DNA of 63,157 bases, the filler included, from Chiloscyllium plagiosum (taxonomy: Eukaryota), in NCBI RefSeq assembly GCF_004010195.1. It is 6 parts of one record of this genome, joined end to end, with 100 filler letters (N's around TTAATTAATTAA, not from the genome) between each part and the next. Parts side by side here need not be neighbours in the genome. Positions count along the whole stretch, not along the records: positions 61,152 to 63,157 come from NC_057710.1; 5 more parts are not named here. The stretch is one strand, 5' to 3'. Positions within the stretch are counted from its first letter, which is position 1. Every line of letters starts with the position of its first letter. The notes under the pieces were generated by a model that was given only the letters and a program-made list of their open reading frames with translations, was not told the origin of the DNA and ran no database searches. Shown here piece after piece: positions 62,829 through 63,157 of this stretch. The translations under genes and the position numbers were made by a program.

Positions 62829-63157
62829 TATAGAACATAGAACACAGAACAGTACAGCACAGAACAGGCCCTTCAGCCCACGATGTTGTGCCGACCACTG
62901 ATCCTCATGTATGCACCCTCAAATTTCTGTGACCATGTGCATGTCCAGCAGTCTCTTAAATGTTCCCAATGACCCTGCTTCCACAACTGCTTCTGGCAAC
63001 GCATTCCATGCTCTCACAACTCTCTGTGTAAAGAACCCACCTCTGACATCCCCTCTATACTTTCCTCCAACCAACTTAAAACTATGACCCCTCGTGTTAG
63101 TCATTTCTGCCCTGGGAAATAGTCTCTGGCTATCGACTCTATCTATGCCTCTCATTA
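62829..63157 (-). mobile_element. Young CR1 3' end (runs off the window)
   Basis: atagaacatagaac tail; ORF 62919-63155 MRGIDRVDSQRLFPR...RVVRAWNALP. Confidence 0.88.

Overview
Eukaryotic (cartilaginous fish, most likely an elasmobranch/shark) genomic DNA, mostly intronic and repeat-derived. It is joined from six contigs by five identical artificial 100-bp linkers (N44-TTAATTAATTAA-N44). Four short spliced coding exons are recognisable on the + strand. One is an internal exon of the rod cyclic-nucleotide-gated channel CNGA1 (4605-4711). Three are consecutive, phase-compatible exons of the NF-X1-type zinc-finger gene NFXL1 (11164-11330, 15597-15666, 39098-39202), matching the known vertebrate CNGA1-NFXL1 neighbourhood. 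The rest is nested transposons: CR1 LINEs (one near-complete, with SGNH-esterase ORF1), L2 and RTE remnants, HE1/V-SINEs, a second tRNA-derived SINE family, Penelope-like elements (RT + GIY-YIG), a Gypsy LTR element whose pol ends at RNase H (Gmr1-like), a dead Harbinger transposase and Tigger-type MITEs. I see no prokaryote-style system such as CRISPR or an operon. The most interesting non-routine signals are: six hammerhead-ribozyme-like cores with a covarying stem II in Penelope termini; a ~370-bp fold-back element that may carry hammerhead remnants at both ends; an ~860-bp composite retroposon-like insert with an internal 29-bp VNTR; and a strong CTCF motif in an NFXL1 intron. Repeat boundaries were estimated by eye and are approximate.
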